Source of the DNA: Polyangiaceae bacterium | Lineage (GTDB): Bacteria; Myxococcota_A; Polyangia; Polyangiales; Polyangiaceae | Assembly: GCA_035063585.1 (NCBI GenBank) | Contig: JAPSGB010000024.1 | Coordinates: 13,585 to 77,584 of the forward strand | Length of the DNA: 64,000 bases | Reading direction: 5' to 3' | Part shown: positions 40,855-50,682 of the stretch, piece after piece | Layout of the letters: the number at the start of each line of letters is the position of its first letter | Numbering within the stretch: the first letter of the stretch is position 1 | Made by a program: the position numbers and the translations under genes | The notes under the pieces: generated by a model | Database searches by the model: none | What the model was told of the DNA's origin: nothing | What the model saw: only the letters and a program-made list of their open reading frames with translations

Positions 40855-40882
40855 AGATCGCATAAGATACATTATGTAAACT
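40855..40882 (+). other. dif site (XerC/XerD chromosome dimer resolution site)
   Basis: AGATCGCATAA-GATACA-TTATGTAAACT: 11-6-11 layout closely matching E. coli dif GGTGCGCATAA-TGTATA-TTATGTTAAAT. AT-rich island between convergent genes. KOPS polarity switches here. Confidence 0.9.
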
Positions 40883-40905
40883 TACGAAGCAGACCACAGG
40901 CTGCT

Positions 40906-40925
40906 GCCGGTCCGGCGCGGCCGGC
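40906..40925 (+). repeat. REP-like dispersed palindrome GCCGGTCCGGCGCGGCCGGC
   Basis: Identical to the copies at 12868 and 62985. Lies 23 bp from the dif site. Confidence 0.7.
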
Positions 40926-41043
40926 GCCACGCGGCGTCCACCAGGCGCTCCGGCGCCCACCAGGCGCTCCGGTGTGCTCCCCTGGGCACGGCTCGCGCGC
41001 TCGCCGCAGCCCCGCGTCGAGCGCGCGCCGCCGGCGTCCGTGA

Positions 41044-41186
41044 CGCTCGCGGCGCGCGGCCATGGCGAACCTGTCCGGTGGCCGCACTCGCGGCGCGCGG
41101 CCATGGCGAACCTGCCCGGAGACCGCGCTCGCGGCGCGCCGGCCACGCGGCGAACCTGCCCGGAGGCCGCGCTCGCGGCGCGCGGC
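41044..41186. repeat. ~41-bp intergenic tandem repeat (~3.4 copies)
   Basis: Unit CGCTCGCGGCGCGCGGCCATGGCGAACCTG(T/C)CCGG..(G/A)CCG starting at 41044, 41085, 41126 and partially at 41170. Confidence 0.88.
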
Positions 41187-41954
41187 TCAGAGCACGAACT
41201 GGTCGCCGAGCCCGGTGACGGTCAGGTTCACGCCCTTGAGGCGCGCGCACTCCTGCTCGACCTCGCTCTGGTACACAGGCTTGATGTGATAAAGAAGCGT
41301 CGGCAAATCCTGGGGCTTGCCGAACTTCTGGAGGTCCTTCTGCAGGGTGCGGGGCGTGTGGTGCCCGCTCGTGGTCGCCAGCTTCTGCTCTCGGTTCGGG
41401 AAGCTGACCTCCAGGAGGAGCGCCTTCAGCCGCTCCTCCTCCCGGAGCCGCTCCCATAAGCGGTCGGTCGGCCCGGTGTCGCCGCTGTACGCGAGCGACG
41501 CATCGGGCCCGCGCACGATGAAGCCGAGGCTCTCGATGGTGTGGTTCACCGGGATCGCCTCGACCACGTAGTCGCCGATGGCGCGCGGCCGCTCCGGCTT
41601 GAGCTCGACGAAGCGGACCGTCGGGCGCGCCTTGGTGGGGATGACCGTGAAATCCGGCCAGATGAGGTTATTGAAGAAGTGCTTCTTGAGCGCTCGGAGG
41701 GTCGCCGCGCCGGCCGCCACGATCAGGGGTTCGCAGTCGGCCTGACAGCGGTTGTCGGCGATGGTGGCGAGATCGCGGATGTGGTCGAGATGCGCGTGGC
41801 TGATGACGCAGGCCTGGAGCTGGAACTGCGATTTCAGATCGAGCCCGCTCGTGAGCGAGCCTGCGTCGAGCGTGAGCTTCTCGTCGATGACGAACGCGCT
41901 CGTCCGGTGACGCGGCGTCTCCCCTCCGTGGCAGCCGATGACTCTCAGTTCCAT
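41187..41954 (-). CDS. Class II 3',5'-cyclic-nucleotide phosphodiesterase (metallo-beta-lactamase fold)
   Basis: LRVIGCHGG, LDAGS, SHAHLDH, FNNLIWPDF, SGDTGPT, EVSFPN, GHHTP, YHIKP. Confidence 0.88.
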   Translation of the reverse strand: MELRVIGCHGGETPRHRTSAFVIDEKLTLDAGSLTSGLDLKSQFQLQACVISHAHLDHIRDLATIADNRCQADCEPLIVAAGAATLRALKKHFFNNLIWPDFTVIPTKARPTVRFVELKPERPRAIGDYVVEAIPVNHTIESLGFIVRGPDASLAYSGDTGPTDRLWERLREEERLKALLLEVSFPNREQKLATTSGHHTPRTLQKDLQKFGKPQDLPTLLYHIKPVYQSEVEQECARLKGVNLTVTGLGDQFVL

Positions 41955-42157
41955 GAACGCTTGGAGCCTGCTCGAACACGAAAACGAGCGAACCTGGCAG
42001 CGCGCTGGCTCGGAGCCACGGGCCCAGCCATGCAACCACCTTCGTACTCCATCTCGCGCGTTCGCGCTCCGCAAAAAGCGTATCGCACGACGTCAAGCCG
42101 GCGAGCGCCGTCCCCGCCCCGCCCTCGCCCCCCGTCTTGGGCGCCGGCGGGCCGCGC

Positions 42158-43879
<1,722 letters not shown>

Positions 43880-43974
43880 CCGATCCTCCTGCCCGGTCTG
43901 TCACCGGCGGGCCGGAACTTAAGCGATTCGCCGCTGGGATCAAGCCCGCCTCGGGCGAAATCGGCGCGAAGCGC

Positions 43975-44003
43975 TTGCATCGAGACGATTTTGCGGATAG
44001 GGA
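43975..44003 (+). promoter_or_regulatory. Putative sigma70-type promoter for the tRNA pair
   Basis: TTGCAT-17 nt-TAGGGA about 40 bp upstream of tRNA-Gln. Confidence 0.4.
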
Positions 44004-44043
44004 AGCGGGCCCCGTCGGTCGGAAGCCGGCGGCCCCCCTCGAT

Positions 44044-44114
44044 TGGGGGATCGTCTAACGGCAGGACGCAAGATTCTGGTTCTTGTTATCTAGGTTCGAA
44101 TCCTGGTCCCCCAG
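44044..44114 (+). tRNA. tRNA-Gln (anticodon CTG)
   Basis: Acceptor TGGGGGA/TCCCCCA, anticodon arm CAAGA-TTCTGGT-TCTTG, T-arm GGTTCGAATCC. Confidence 0.95.
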
Positions 44115-44148
44115 CCCACCGCCGCCCCGCACCAGAGGGGGCGGCACT

Positions 44149-44220
44149 GGCCCCATCGTCTAGCGGTTAGGACATCGGCCTCTCACGCCGGTAACCCGGG
44201 TTCGAGTCCCGGTGGGGTCG
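44149..44220 (+). tRNA. tRNA-Glu (anticodon CTC)
   Basis: Acceptor GGCCCCA/TGGGGTC, D-arm GTCTAGCGGTTAGGAC, anticodon arm TCGGC-CTCTCAC-GCCGG, T-arm GGGTTCGAGTCCC. Confidence 0.95.
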
Positions 44221-44254
44221 CAACGACGAGCGCGCTCGCGAGGGCGCGCTCTGA

Positions 44255-45163
44255 TCACTCCCCCGCCCCCGCGGGTCGCGGGAGCTCGAGGAGCACGGGC
44301 GGCGCGTCGGCCGGCTCGGGGACGAGCTGCCAGGGCTTTGCGCCGTGCGGAGCGCGCTCCCGAAGGAGCCACTCGTAGACCTCCCTCGCCCAGCCGATCC
44401 GGGCGTTCATGGTCGGGTGGATGTGATCGCCGACCCGCGGCAGGTCGCCCACCAGGCGGGTCGTGTCGAGGAAGCGGCACGGGCGCGCGCTGTCGTGGAT
44501 CACCTGCATCAGCTCGCCCTTCGCGCCCTTCCAGAGCGGCGCGCCGATCCACACGCAAGGCCGGTCGCCGATCTCGCGCACGATCCGCTCGATGAGCGGC
44601 GCGCGCTGGCTGGGGTCGGGCACCATGAGCTCGTTCGCGCCGAGCGACACGAGCACGAGATCGGGGTTCGACTGCGCGAGCGCGAGCCTGAGGTCGCCGC
44701 CCCACGCCCACTGCGGGATGAAGCTCGCCGTCTTGAACTTCAGCACGCCGCGCACGCCGGCCGCCTTGAAGAGCTTGTCGAGCTCGATGCCGAGCGCGCC
44801 GGCCATCGAGTCGCCGATGTGGAGCACGGTCGTCCCGGCCGGCGCGGGCGGCGGGGCGGGGTCCGAAGCGGGCGCGGGCGGCGGGGCGGGGTCCGAAGCG
44901 GGCGCGGGCGGCGGGGCGGGGTCCGAAGCGGGCGCGGGCGCGGACTCCCTAGGGCTGGGGGGTCGGTCCGGCGCGGGCTCGGCGTGGGCCGCCTCGGCAG
45001 CTTCGCTCGCCGCGCGCGCGTCGAGCGGCGCTGCCGGCGCGGGGCTCGGCGCGGCGGCGCGCGCCGGTTGCGAGGGCGGCGCGACGCCGCACGCGACGAG
45101 GAGCGGCGCGGCGAGCGCGAGCGCACGCTCGAGCCGACGGCGGGGCACGGCACGTCTCTTCAC
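44255..45163 (-). CDS. SGNH/GDSL-family hydrolase lipoprotein (DUF459-like)
   Basis: Lipobox LVAC, Pro-rich linker, IGDSMA, SLGANE, GDHIHPT. Confidence 0.82.
   Translation of the reverse strand: MKRRAVPRRRLERALALAAPLLVACGVAPPSQPARAAAPSPAPAAPLDARAASEAAEAAHAEPAPDRPPSPRESAPAPASDPAPPPAPASDPAPPPAPASDPAPPPAPAGTTVLHIGDSMAGALGIELDKLFKAAGVRGVLKFKTASFIPQWAWGGDLRLALAQSNPDLVLVSLGANELMVPDPSQRAPLIERIVREIGDRPCVWIGAPLWKGAKGELMQVIHDSARPCRFLDTTRLVGDLPRVGDHIHPTMNARIGWAREVYEWLLRERAPHGAKPWQLVPEPADAPPVLLELPRPAGAGE
44841..44941 (-). repeat. 30-bp in-frame tandem repeat (~3.3 copies; PAPASDPAPP linker)
   Basis: GGCGCGGGCGGCGGGGCGGGGTCCGAAGCG repeated on the + strand. Confidence 0.9.
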
Positions 45164-45305
45164 GTGGTGGGTTCTTACCCCGCCAGGCCGAGCCGCGCGA
45201 GCCCGCACGAGCCCGCACGAGCGGCGCGTGAGCCGCTGCCAAGCCTACTCCCGGGGGGAAAGGTCCGCCGAGACCCCTCCCCCACGTGGGGTCACTCCGC
45301 GGGCC

Positions 45306-46595
45306 TCAGGGACAGCACGTCGAATTCCATCCCACCCCCACGTCGCGATTCTTGCACCCGGCCCGGCCGCTCACCAGGTTTCGCGCGGCGTGGGTGCCCC
45401 CGGCGTAGGAGTACGCGTGCGGGCGGCCGGGGTAGTACTTCTGGCAGTCCGCGTCGAAGCCGGGCGCGCGCGCGCTCGAGACGCCGGAGAGGTCGACGCC
45501 GGGCAGCGCGCCCGCGACGTCCACGTCGAGCACGCAGCCGTGGCCCGGCGCTTCGTGCTGCGCCTTCGGGCAGCGGGGCGCGTCCTTCGACGCGCAGCGA
45601 ACGCCGTTCCACGCCTCCCCCGCCGGGCAGTCCGCGCGGACGACTCCGAGCTCGCAGCGTGAGCCGTCTCCGGTGCGGCCGAACGGGCACTCGGTGCTCG
45701 GCAACGTGAGCGCGCAGCGCATCCCGAGATGAGAGCCCCACTCGCGCGGGCGGAAGCGGTTTCGGAGCTTCGTGCTCATCCACTTGTCGAAGCGCCGGCT
45801 CCAGCTCCCCCCGCGGTACACCCGGGTGAGCCCGTGGACGGGCGGCCACGGATAGGTGCCGAACCAATCGCCCGTCCACTCCCAGACGTTGCCGGTCATG
45901 TCGTAGAGGCCGAACGCGCCGGGCGCGTAGGAGCGCACCTTGCAAGAGCCGCCCGGGTGCTTCCAGCAGGTCCGGCCATCGGGCGCTTCGTTCCCCCAGG
46001 AAAAGTTGCGGTACTCTGCGCCTCCGCGCGCTGCGTACTCCCACTCGACCTCGGTCGGTAGCCGCGCTCCGCGCCACCCGCAGTAGCCCGCGGCGTCGCT
46101 GAAATCGACGCAATTGACCGGGTGCTCGCCGCGCTCCGGGTAGCGCGCGTTGCAGAAGCGGCGGGTGTCGCGCGCGGGCGTGCACCGCTTCGCCGCCACG
46201 CAGGCGGCGTAGGCTGCGACGGTGACCTCGGTCTCGTCGAGGCAGAACGACGCGACCTCGGTCTCGAAGCGCGGGCTCTCCTCGCTCGCCCCCACGCCCG
46301 CCGCGGAGCCGACCCGGAACGCGCCCCCCGGGATCGACCGCATTCCCGCCGGGCAGGTCGCCGGCGCAGCGGCCCGCGCTCCGGTGGGCGCCGCCGAGGA
46401 CGTCGCCGGCGCAGCCGACAGCGCTCCGGCGGGCGCCGCCGAGGAGGTCGCGGGCGCCGCCGACGGCGCGCTCGTCGCCGGGGACGCGCGCTCCTGGTCG
46501 GCGCCTCGCGCGCACCCCGCGAGGCTCCCCGCGACGCCGGCCGCGCCGCACCAGCCAATCAGCCGGAGAACCAGGGCGAGGCTCGGGCGGGTCAT
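45306..46595 (-). CDS. SUMF1/FGE-fold lipoprotein with Cys-rich C-terminal extension
   Basis: Lipobox LAGC, CPAGM..IPGG, TEVTV..Y, RLPTEVEWEYAARG, FGLYDMTGNVWEW, RGGSW, GMRCA, then a Cys-rich tail ending CCP. Confidence 0.88.
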   Translation of the reverse strand: MTRPSLALVLRLIGWCGAAGVAGSLAGCARGADQERASPATSAPSAAPATSSAAPAGALSAAPATSSAAPTGARAAAPATCPAGMRSIPGGAFRVGSAAGVGASEESPRFETEVASFCLDETEVTVAAYAACVAAKRCTPARDTRRFCNARYPERGEHPVNCVDFSDAAGYCGWRGARLPTEVEWEYAARGGAEYRNFSWGNEAPDGRTCWKHPGGSCKVRSYAPGAFGLYDMTGNVWEWTGDWFGTYPWPPVHGLTRVYRGGSWSRRFDKWMSTKLRNRFRPREWGSHLGMRCALTLPSTECPFGRTGDGSRCELGVVRADCPAGEAWNGVRCASKDAPRCPKAQHEAPGHGCVLDVDVAGALPGVDLSGVSSARAPGFDADCQKYYPGRPHAYSYAGGTHAARNLVSGRAGCKNRDVGVGWNSTCCP

Positions 46596-46660
46596 CACGT
46601 CTCGAAAAGCATCGCCGCTTACGACTAGGATGCGCGCGTGGCAAGGTCGAACGCGGGATC

Positions 46661-47743
46661 ATGAGCGCGGGGCTCCGGCTCGAGGGCCTCCACCGGCGGC
46701 ACCCGGGCGCCGAGCGCGCGGCGGTCGACGCGCTCGAGCTCGAGGTAAGTGAGGGTGAGGTCGTGTGCCTGGTCGGGCCGAGCGGGTGCGGCAAGAGCAG
46801 CACGCTCCGGCTCGTGGCGGGGCTCGATCTGCCGGACGCGGGGCGAGTCCTCATCGACGGCGCGGACGTCACCCGACTGCCGCCGCAGGAGCGCGACGTC
46901 GCCATGGTGTTCCAGGGGTTCGCGCTCTACCCGCACATGAAAGTAAAGCAGATACTTGAATTTCCGCTCGAGATGCGACGGGTACCGAAGCGCGAGCGAG
47001 CGCGCGCGGTCGGCGAGGCCGCCGAGCTGCTCGGCATCACGCGGCTGCTCGAGCGGCGCCCCGGGCAGCTCTCGGGCGGCGAGCAGCAGCGGGTCGCGAT
47101 GGGGCGCGCCATCGTGCGGCGTCCGAAGGTGTTCCTCTTCGACGAGCCGCTCTCGAACCTCGACGCCGCGCTCCGCGCCGAGCTGCGCGTCGAGCTCGGC
47201 AAGCTGCTCGCCCGACTCGGCCGCGCCGCCGTCTACGTCACCCACGACCAGGTCGAGGCGATGACGCTCGGCCACCGGATCGCGGTGATGCGCGCCGGCA
47301 AGCTCGAACAGTGCGACACGCCGCGGCGGATCTACGAGGCCCCTGCCTCCACCTTCGTCGCCTCCTTCTTCGGCGCGCCGCCCATGAACCTGCTCGGCCT
47401 CGAGCGCGACGGGGCGCTCGCTCGCGCCGCCGGGCTCGCCCTCCCCGCGCCCCCGGGCGGCGGCGCGCGGCTGGTCCTCGGCGTGCGGCCCGAGCACGTC
47501 CGCGTCGAGGGGCACGCGCCGCCCGGTGTCGCCGAGCGCGCCGACGCCGCCGCGGTGCGCGCGCGCGTCACCGCCGTGGAGCAGCTCGGCAGCGAGACGC
47601 ACGTGGAGCTCGACGCCGCCGGGCAGCGGCTCCGCGCGCGGCTCGCTGGCTTCGACGCCCCCGCGCTCGGCGGAGAGGTCACCGCGCGCTTCGACGTCGA
47701 GCGCGTCGTGTGGTTCGACGGCGAGACGGAGCGCGCGCTGTGA
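46661..47743 (+). CDS. Carbohydrate/glycerol-3-phosphate ABC transporter ATP-binding protein (UgpC/MalK-like)
   Basis: GPSGCGKS, MVFQ.FALYPHM, LSGGEQQRVAMGRA, FDEPLSNLDA, VTHDQVEAM, TOBE domain. Confidence 0.93.
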   Translation: MSAGLRLEGLHRRHPGAERAAVDALELEVSEGEVVCLVGPSGCGKSSTLRLVAGLDLPDAGRVLIDGADVTRLPPQERDVAMVFQGFALYPHMKVKQILEFPLEMRRVPKRERARAVGEAAELLGITRLLERRPGQLSGGEQQRVAMGRAIVRRPKVFLFDEPLSNLDAALRAELRVELGKLLARLGRAAVYVTHDQVEAMTLGHRIAVMRAGKLEQCDTPRRIYEAPASTFVASFFGAPPMNLLGLERDGALARAAGLALPAPPGGGARLVLGVRPEHVRVEGHAPPGVAERADAAAVRARVTAVEQLGSETHVELDAAGQRLRARLAGFDAPALGGEVTARFDVERVVWFDGETERAL

Positions 47744-48993
47744 GGCGGCGGGCGCTGCTCGCCGGGCTCGGGGCGCTCGCGTTCGGCGGCTGTCGCGACC
47801 CCGGCGCGGCGCCGCCCGGTCGCGTGGCGACCTCGCTCTGGTTCTCGTACGGCGGGAGGAACCGAGAGGTCCTCGAGGCGCTGGTCGCGCGGTTCAATCG
47901 CGTGAGCGAGCGCTTCTTCGTGCACGCCGTCTACCAGGGCGACTACTTCGAGGGGCTCGCCAAGCTCCGCACGGCGATCGCCGCGGGGGCGGCGCCGAGC
48001 CTGAGCCACGTGATCGGCGAGGTGGTGCCGTACCTCGCCGAGGCCGGCGTGCTCGAGCCGCTCGGCGACTACCCCGGTGCGCGCGAGCTCACGCACGAGC
48101 TGGTGCCCGAGCTCGGTCAGTCGGGCTCGTGGCAGGGCGGCGCCGGGCGCCCGCTCGTGGCGCTGCCGTTCAACCGCTCCACGCCCATCGCGTACCTGAA
48201 CGGCGAGGTCTTCCGCGCCGCCGGCCGCGCCGCCCCGACCACCTGGCGCGAGCTCAGGGAGACCGCGCGGGCGCTCACGAGCGAGGGCCGCTTCGGGTTC
48301 GGTTGCCCCATCGACTGGTGGTTCTGGGTCGCGCTGGTCGGGCAAGCCGGGGGGCGTATCGTGGAGCCGAGCGGCGAGCTCTCGCTCGGCGGCGCGGCCG
48401 GCGCGGAGGCCATCGAGCTCTGGCAGACGCTCGTGCACGTCGATCGCAGCATGAAGCCGCCGCCCGGCCGTGACTATAACGCTTGGGAGGCCACCAACCA
48501 GGATTTCCTCGCCGGGCGCACCCGGATGATCTGGACCAGCACGGCGTTCCTGAAATACCTGGAGGACAACGCGAGCTTCCCGGTGGTAGCGGCGCCGCTG
48601 CCCGCGCGAGAGCAGCGCGCGGTGCCGACCGGCGGGACGCACTGGGTCATCATGAAGAGCGCGCCCGCGCGCGAGAAGCAGGCCGCGTGGGCGTTCCTCC
48701 GCTTCATGCACGAGCCCGCGCAGGTCATCGAGTGGGCGACCCGGACGGGTTACCTGCCGGTCACGCGGGGCGCCATCGCCGAGCTCGAGCGGCGCGGCTA
48801 CTACCGCGCGCACCCGAACGACCGCGTGGCGCTCGACCAGCTCGCCTGGGCGATGCCGTGGCCCTGGTCGGCGGAGCTCTTCCGGGTGGAGCGCGAGATC
48901 GTGCAGCCCGGGCTCGAGCACGCCGTGCTCGCGCGAGGGGACGCCCGCCAGGTGATCGCGGACGGCGCGCGCGCCGCGCGGGAGGCGGACTAG
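47740..48993 (+). CDS. ABC substrate-binding lipoprotein (UgpB-like), Tat-type signal
   Basis: RRRALL plus lipobox FGGC, LPFNRSTP..Y.N, P.TW.EL, PTGG, TGYLP. Confidence 0.87.
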   Translation: MRRRALLAGLGALAFGGCRDPGAAPPGRVATSLWFSYGGRNREVLEALVARFNRVSERFFVHAVYQGDYFEGLAKLRTAIAAGAAPSLSHVIGEVVPYLAEAGVLEPLGDYPGARELTHELVPELGQSGSWQGGAGRPLVALPFNRSTPIAYLNGEVFRAAGRAAPTTWRELRETARALTSEGRFGFGCPIDWWFWVALVGQAGGRIVEPSGELSLGGAAGAEAIELWQTLVHVDRSMKPPPGRDYNAWEATNQDFLAGRTRMIWTSTAFLKYLEDNASFPVVAAPLPAREQRAVPTGGTHWVIMKSAPAREKQAAWAFLRFMHEPAQVIEWATRTGYLPVTRGAIAELERRGYYRAHPNDRVALDQLAWAMPWPWSAELFRVEREIVQPGLEHAVLARGDARQVIADGARAAREAD

Positions 48994-48996
48994 CCG

Positions 48997-49863
48997 ATGC
49001 GGCCGCGACGCGCGCTCGATCCGGCGTTCATGCTCGCGCCGACCGGCGTCATCCTCGCGCTCTTCTTCTTCTGGCCGCTGCTCGTGGCGGCGTGGCAGAG
49101 CCTGTTCGCGTGGGATCTGCTCACCCCGCCGCGCTGGGTCGGGCTCGCGAACTACCGCGGGCTCCTCGGGAGCGGTGAGCTCGTCGCGATCATATTTCGT
49201 ACGCTGATATTCAGCGTGCTAACGGTTGCCGGCTCGATGGGGCTCGGGCTCGGGCTCGCCCTCGCGCTGAACCGCCCCGGGCGACTCGCCGGGTTCGCGC
49301 GCGGGAGCGTGTTCTCGGCGTACGTCGTGAGCTGGGTGAGCGTCGCGCTCTTGTTCCTGTGGCTGCTCGACGCCGACGCCGGCGCCCTCACCCGCGCGGT
49401 CGCCGCGACCGGGCTTCATCCACCCAATTGGCTCGGCGATCCGCGGGTGGCGCTCTACACGCTCGCCGGCGTCACCATCTGGAAGATCGCCGGCTACGCG
49501 ATGGTGCTCTTCATCGCCGGGCTGCAAGACATCCCCGCGGCGCTCTACGAGGCGGCGTCGCTCGACGGCGCGGGGCGCTTCGCGCGCTTTCGGCACGTCA
49601 CCTGGCCGCTGCTGCGGCCCACCGCGGCCTTCGTCGGCACCACCAGCCTGATCCTCTCGTTCCAGGTGTTCGACGTGGTCCGCGTGATGACCCAGGGGGG
49701 GCCGGTGCGCTCGACCACGGTGTTCGTGTACGCGATCTACGAGCAGATCTTCATGAACCTCCGGGTCGGCCGCGCGAGCGCGGAGGTGGTGGTGTTCTTC
49801 GTGCTCCTCTGCGCGCTCACCCTGCTCCAGCTCTGGGCCTGGCGAAAGCGAGGTGAGGCGTGA
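48997..49863 (+). CDS. ABC transporter permease (UgpA/MalF-like)
   Basis: WVGLANY, WLGDP, AGLQDIP..LYEAASLDGA, FQVFD..MTQGGP. Confidence 0.92.
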   Translation: MRPRRALDPAFMLAPTGVILALFFFWPLLVAAWQSLFAWDLLTPPRWVGLANYRGLLGSGELVAIIFRTLIFSVLTVAGSMGLGLGLALALNRPGRLAGFARGSVFSAYVVSWVSVALLFLWLLDADAGALTRAVAATGLHPPNWLGDPRVALYTLAGVTIWKIAGYAMVLFIAGLQDIPAALYEAASLDGAGRFARFRHVTWPLLRPTAAFVGTTSLILSFQVFDVVRVMTQGGPVRSTTVFVYAIYEQIFMNLRVGRASAEVVVFFVLLCALTLLQLWAWRKRGEA

Positions 49864-50672
49864 AGCTCCGGCGCGCGCTCGGCGCCGCCGCGCTCCTCGC
49901 GGTCGCGCTCGTGTGGCTCCTGCCCTACCTCTGGATGCTGCTCACCAGCATGAAGACGCTGCCCGAGATCGTGCGCGCGCCGACCGCGCCGCTGCCCTCC
50001 GGGCTGCACCTCGAGGCCTATCGCGAGGTCATGCGGAGCATGCCGCTCGCGCGCTACTTCTGGAACACGACGGTGATGGCGGTCGGCATCGCGCTCCTGC
50101 AGATGGCGACCGCGCTCCCCGCCGGCTACGCGCTCGCCAAGCTCCGCTTCCGCGGGCGGGCGCTCGCCTTCGGGATGGTGGTGGCGACCTTGCTCATCCC
50201 GGCGCAGGTGCGCTTCGTGCCGGTGTTCTCGATGCTCGCGCGCGCCGGGCTCACCAACACCATGAGCGCGCTCATCCTCCCGTTCGGGGTGAGCGCGTTC
50301 GGCGTCTTCCTCGTGCGCCAGGCGCTCATGAGCGTCCCCGACTCGCTCATCGAGGCCGCGCGGATGGACGGCGCGAGTGAGCTTCGCATCATCTACCGGC
50401 TGCTCGCGCCGCTACTCGCCCCCACCCTCGCGGCGCTCTTCCTCTTCAGCTTCGTGTTCCACTGGAACGACTACTTCTGGCCGCTCGTGATGACCACCGA
50501 CGAGCGCGTCCGCACCCTGCCGCTCGGCATCGCGCTGCTGCGCGAGCAGGGCACCGGCGTGCGCTGGCACATCGTGATGGCCGGCAACGTGCTCCTCAGC
50601 CTGCCCGCGCTCGCGGTCTTCGCGCTGGCGCAGAAGCACCTGCTGCGCGCGGTGGTGTCGCGCGCCGGGTGA
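49860..50672 (+). CDS. ABC transporter permease (UgpE/MalG-like)
   Basis: AGYALAKLRFRG, EAARMDGAS, WNDYFWPL, RTLPLG. Confidence 0.92.
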   Translation: MKLRRALGAAALLAVALVWLLPYLWMLLTSMKTLPEIVRAPTAPLPSGLHLEAYREVMRSMPLARYFWNTTVMAVGIALLQMATALPAGYALAKLRFRGRALAFGMVVATLLIPAQVRFVPVFSMLARAGLTNTMSALILPFGVSAFGVFLVRQALMSVPDSLIEAARMDGASELRIIYRLLAPLLAPTLAALFLFSFVFHWNDYFWPLVMTTDERVRTLPLGIALLREQGTGVRWHIVMAGNVLLSLPALAVFALAQKHLLRAVVSRAG

Positions 50673-50682
50673 GCGCGCGGCC

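Noticed and set aside
41044..41186. Possible CRISPR array
   Set aside because: Units are contiguous near-identical tandem copies with no unique spacers, and there are no cas genes in the window.
40700..41200. Xer-exploiting mobile element (IMEX or pdif module) at dif
   Set aside because: Only one dif-like site was found, and the flanking genes are ordinary chromosomal genes.
43880..44043. groES gene or CIRCE operator upstream of groEL
   Set aside because: The spacer is too short for groES and has no TTAGCACTC-N9-GAGTGCTAA.
44044..46600. Genomic island integrated at the tRNA genes
   Set aside because: No integrase, no duplicated tRNA 3' end, and no compositional shift downstream.
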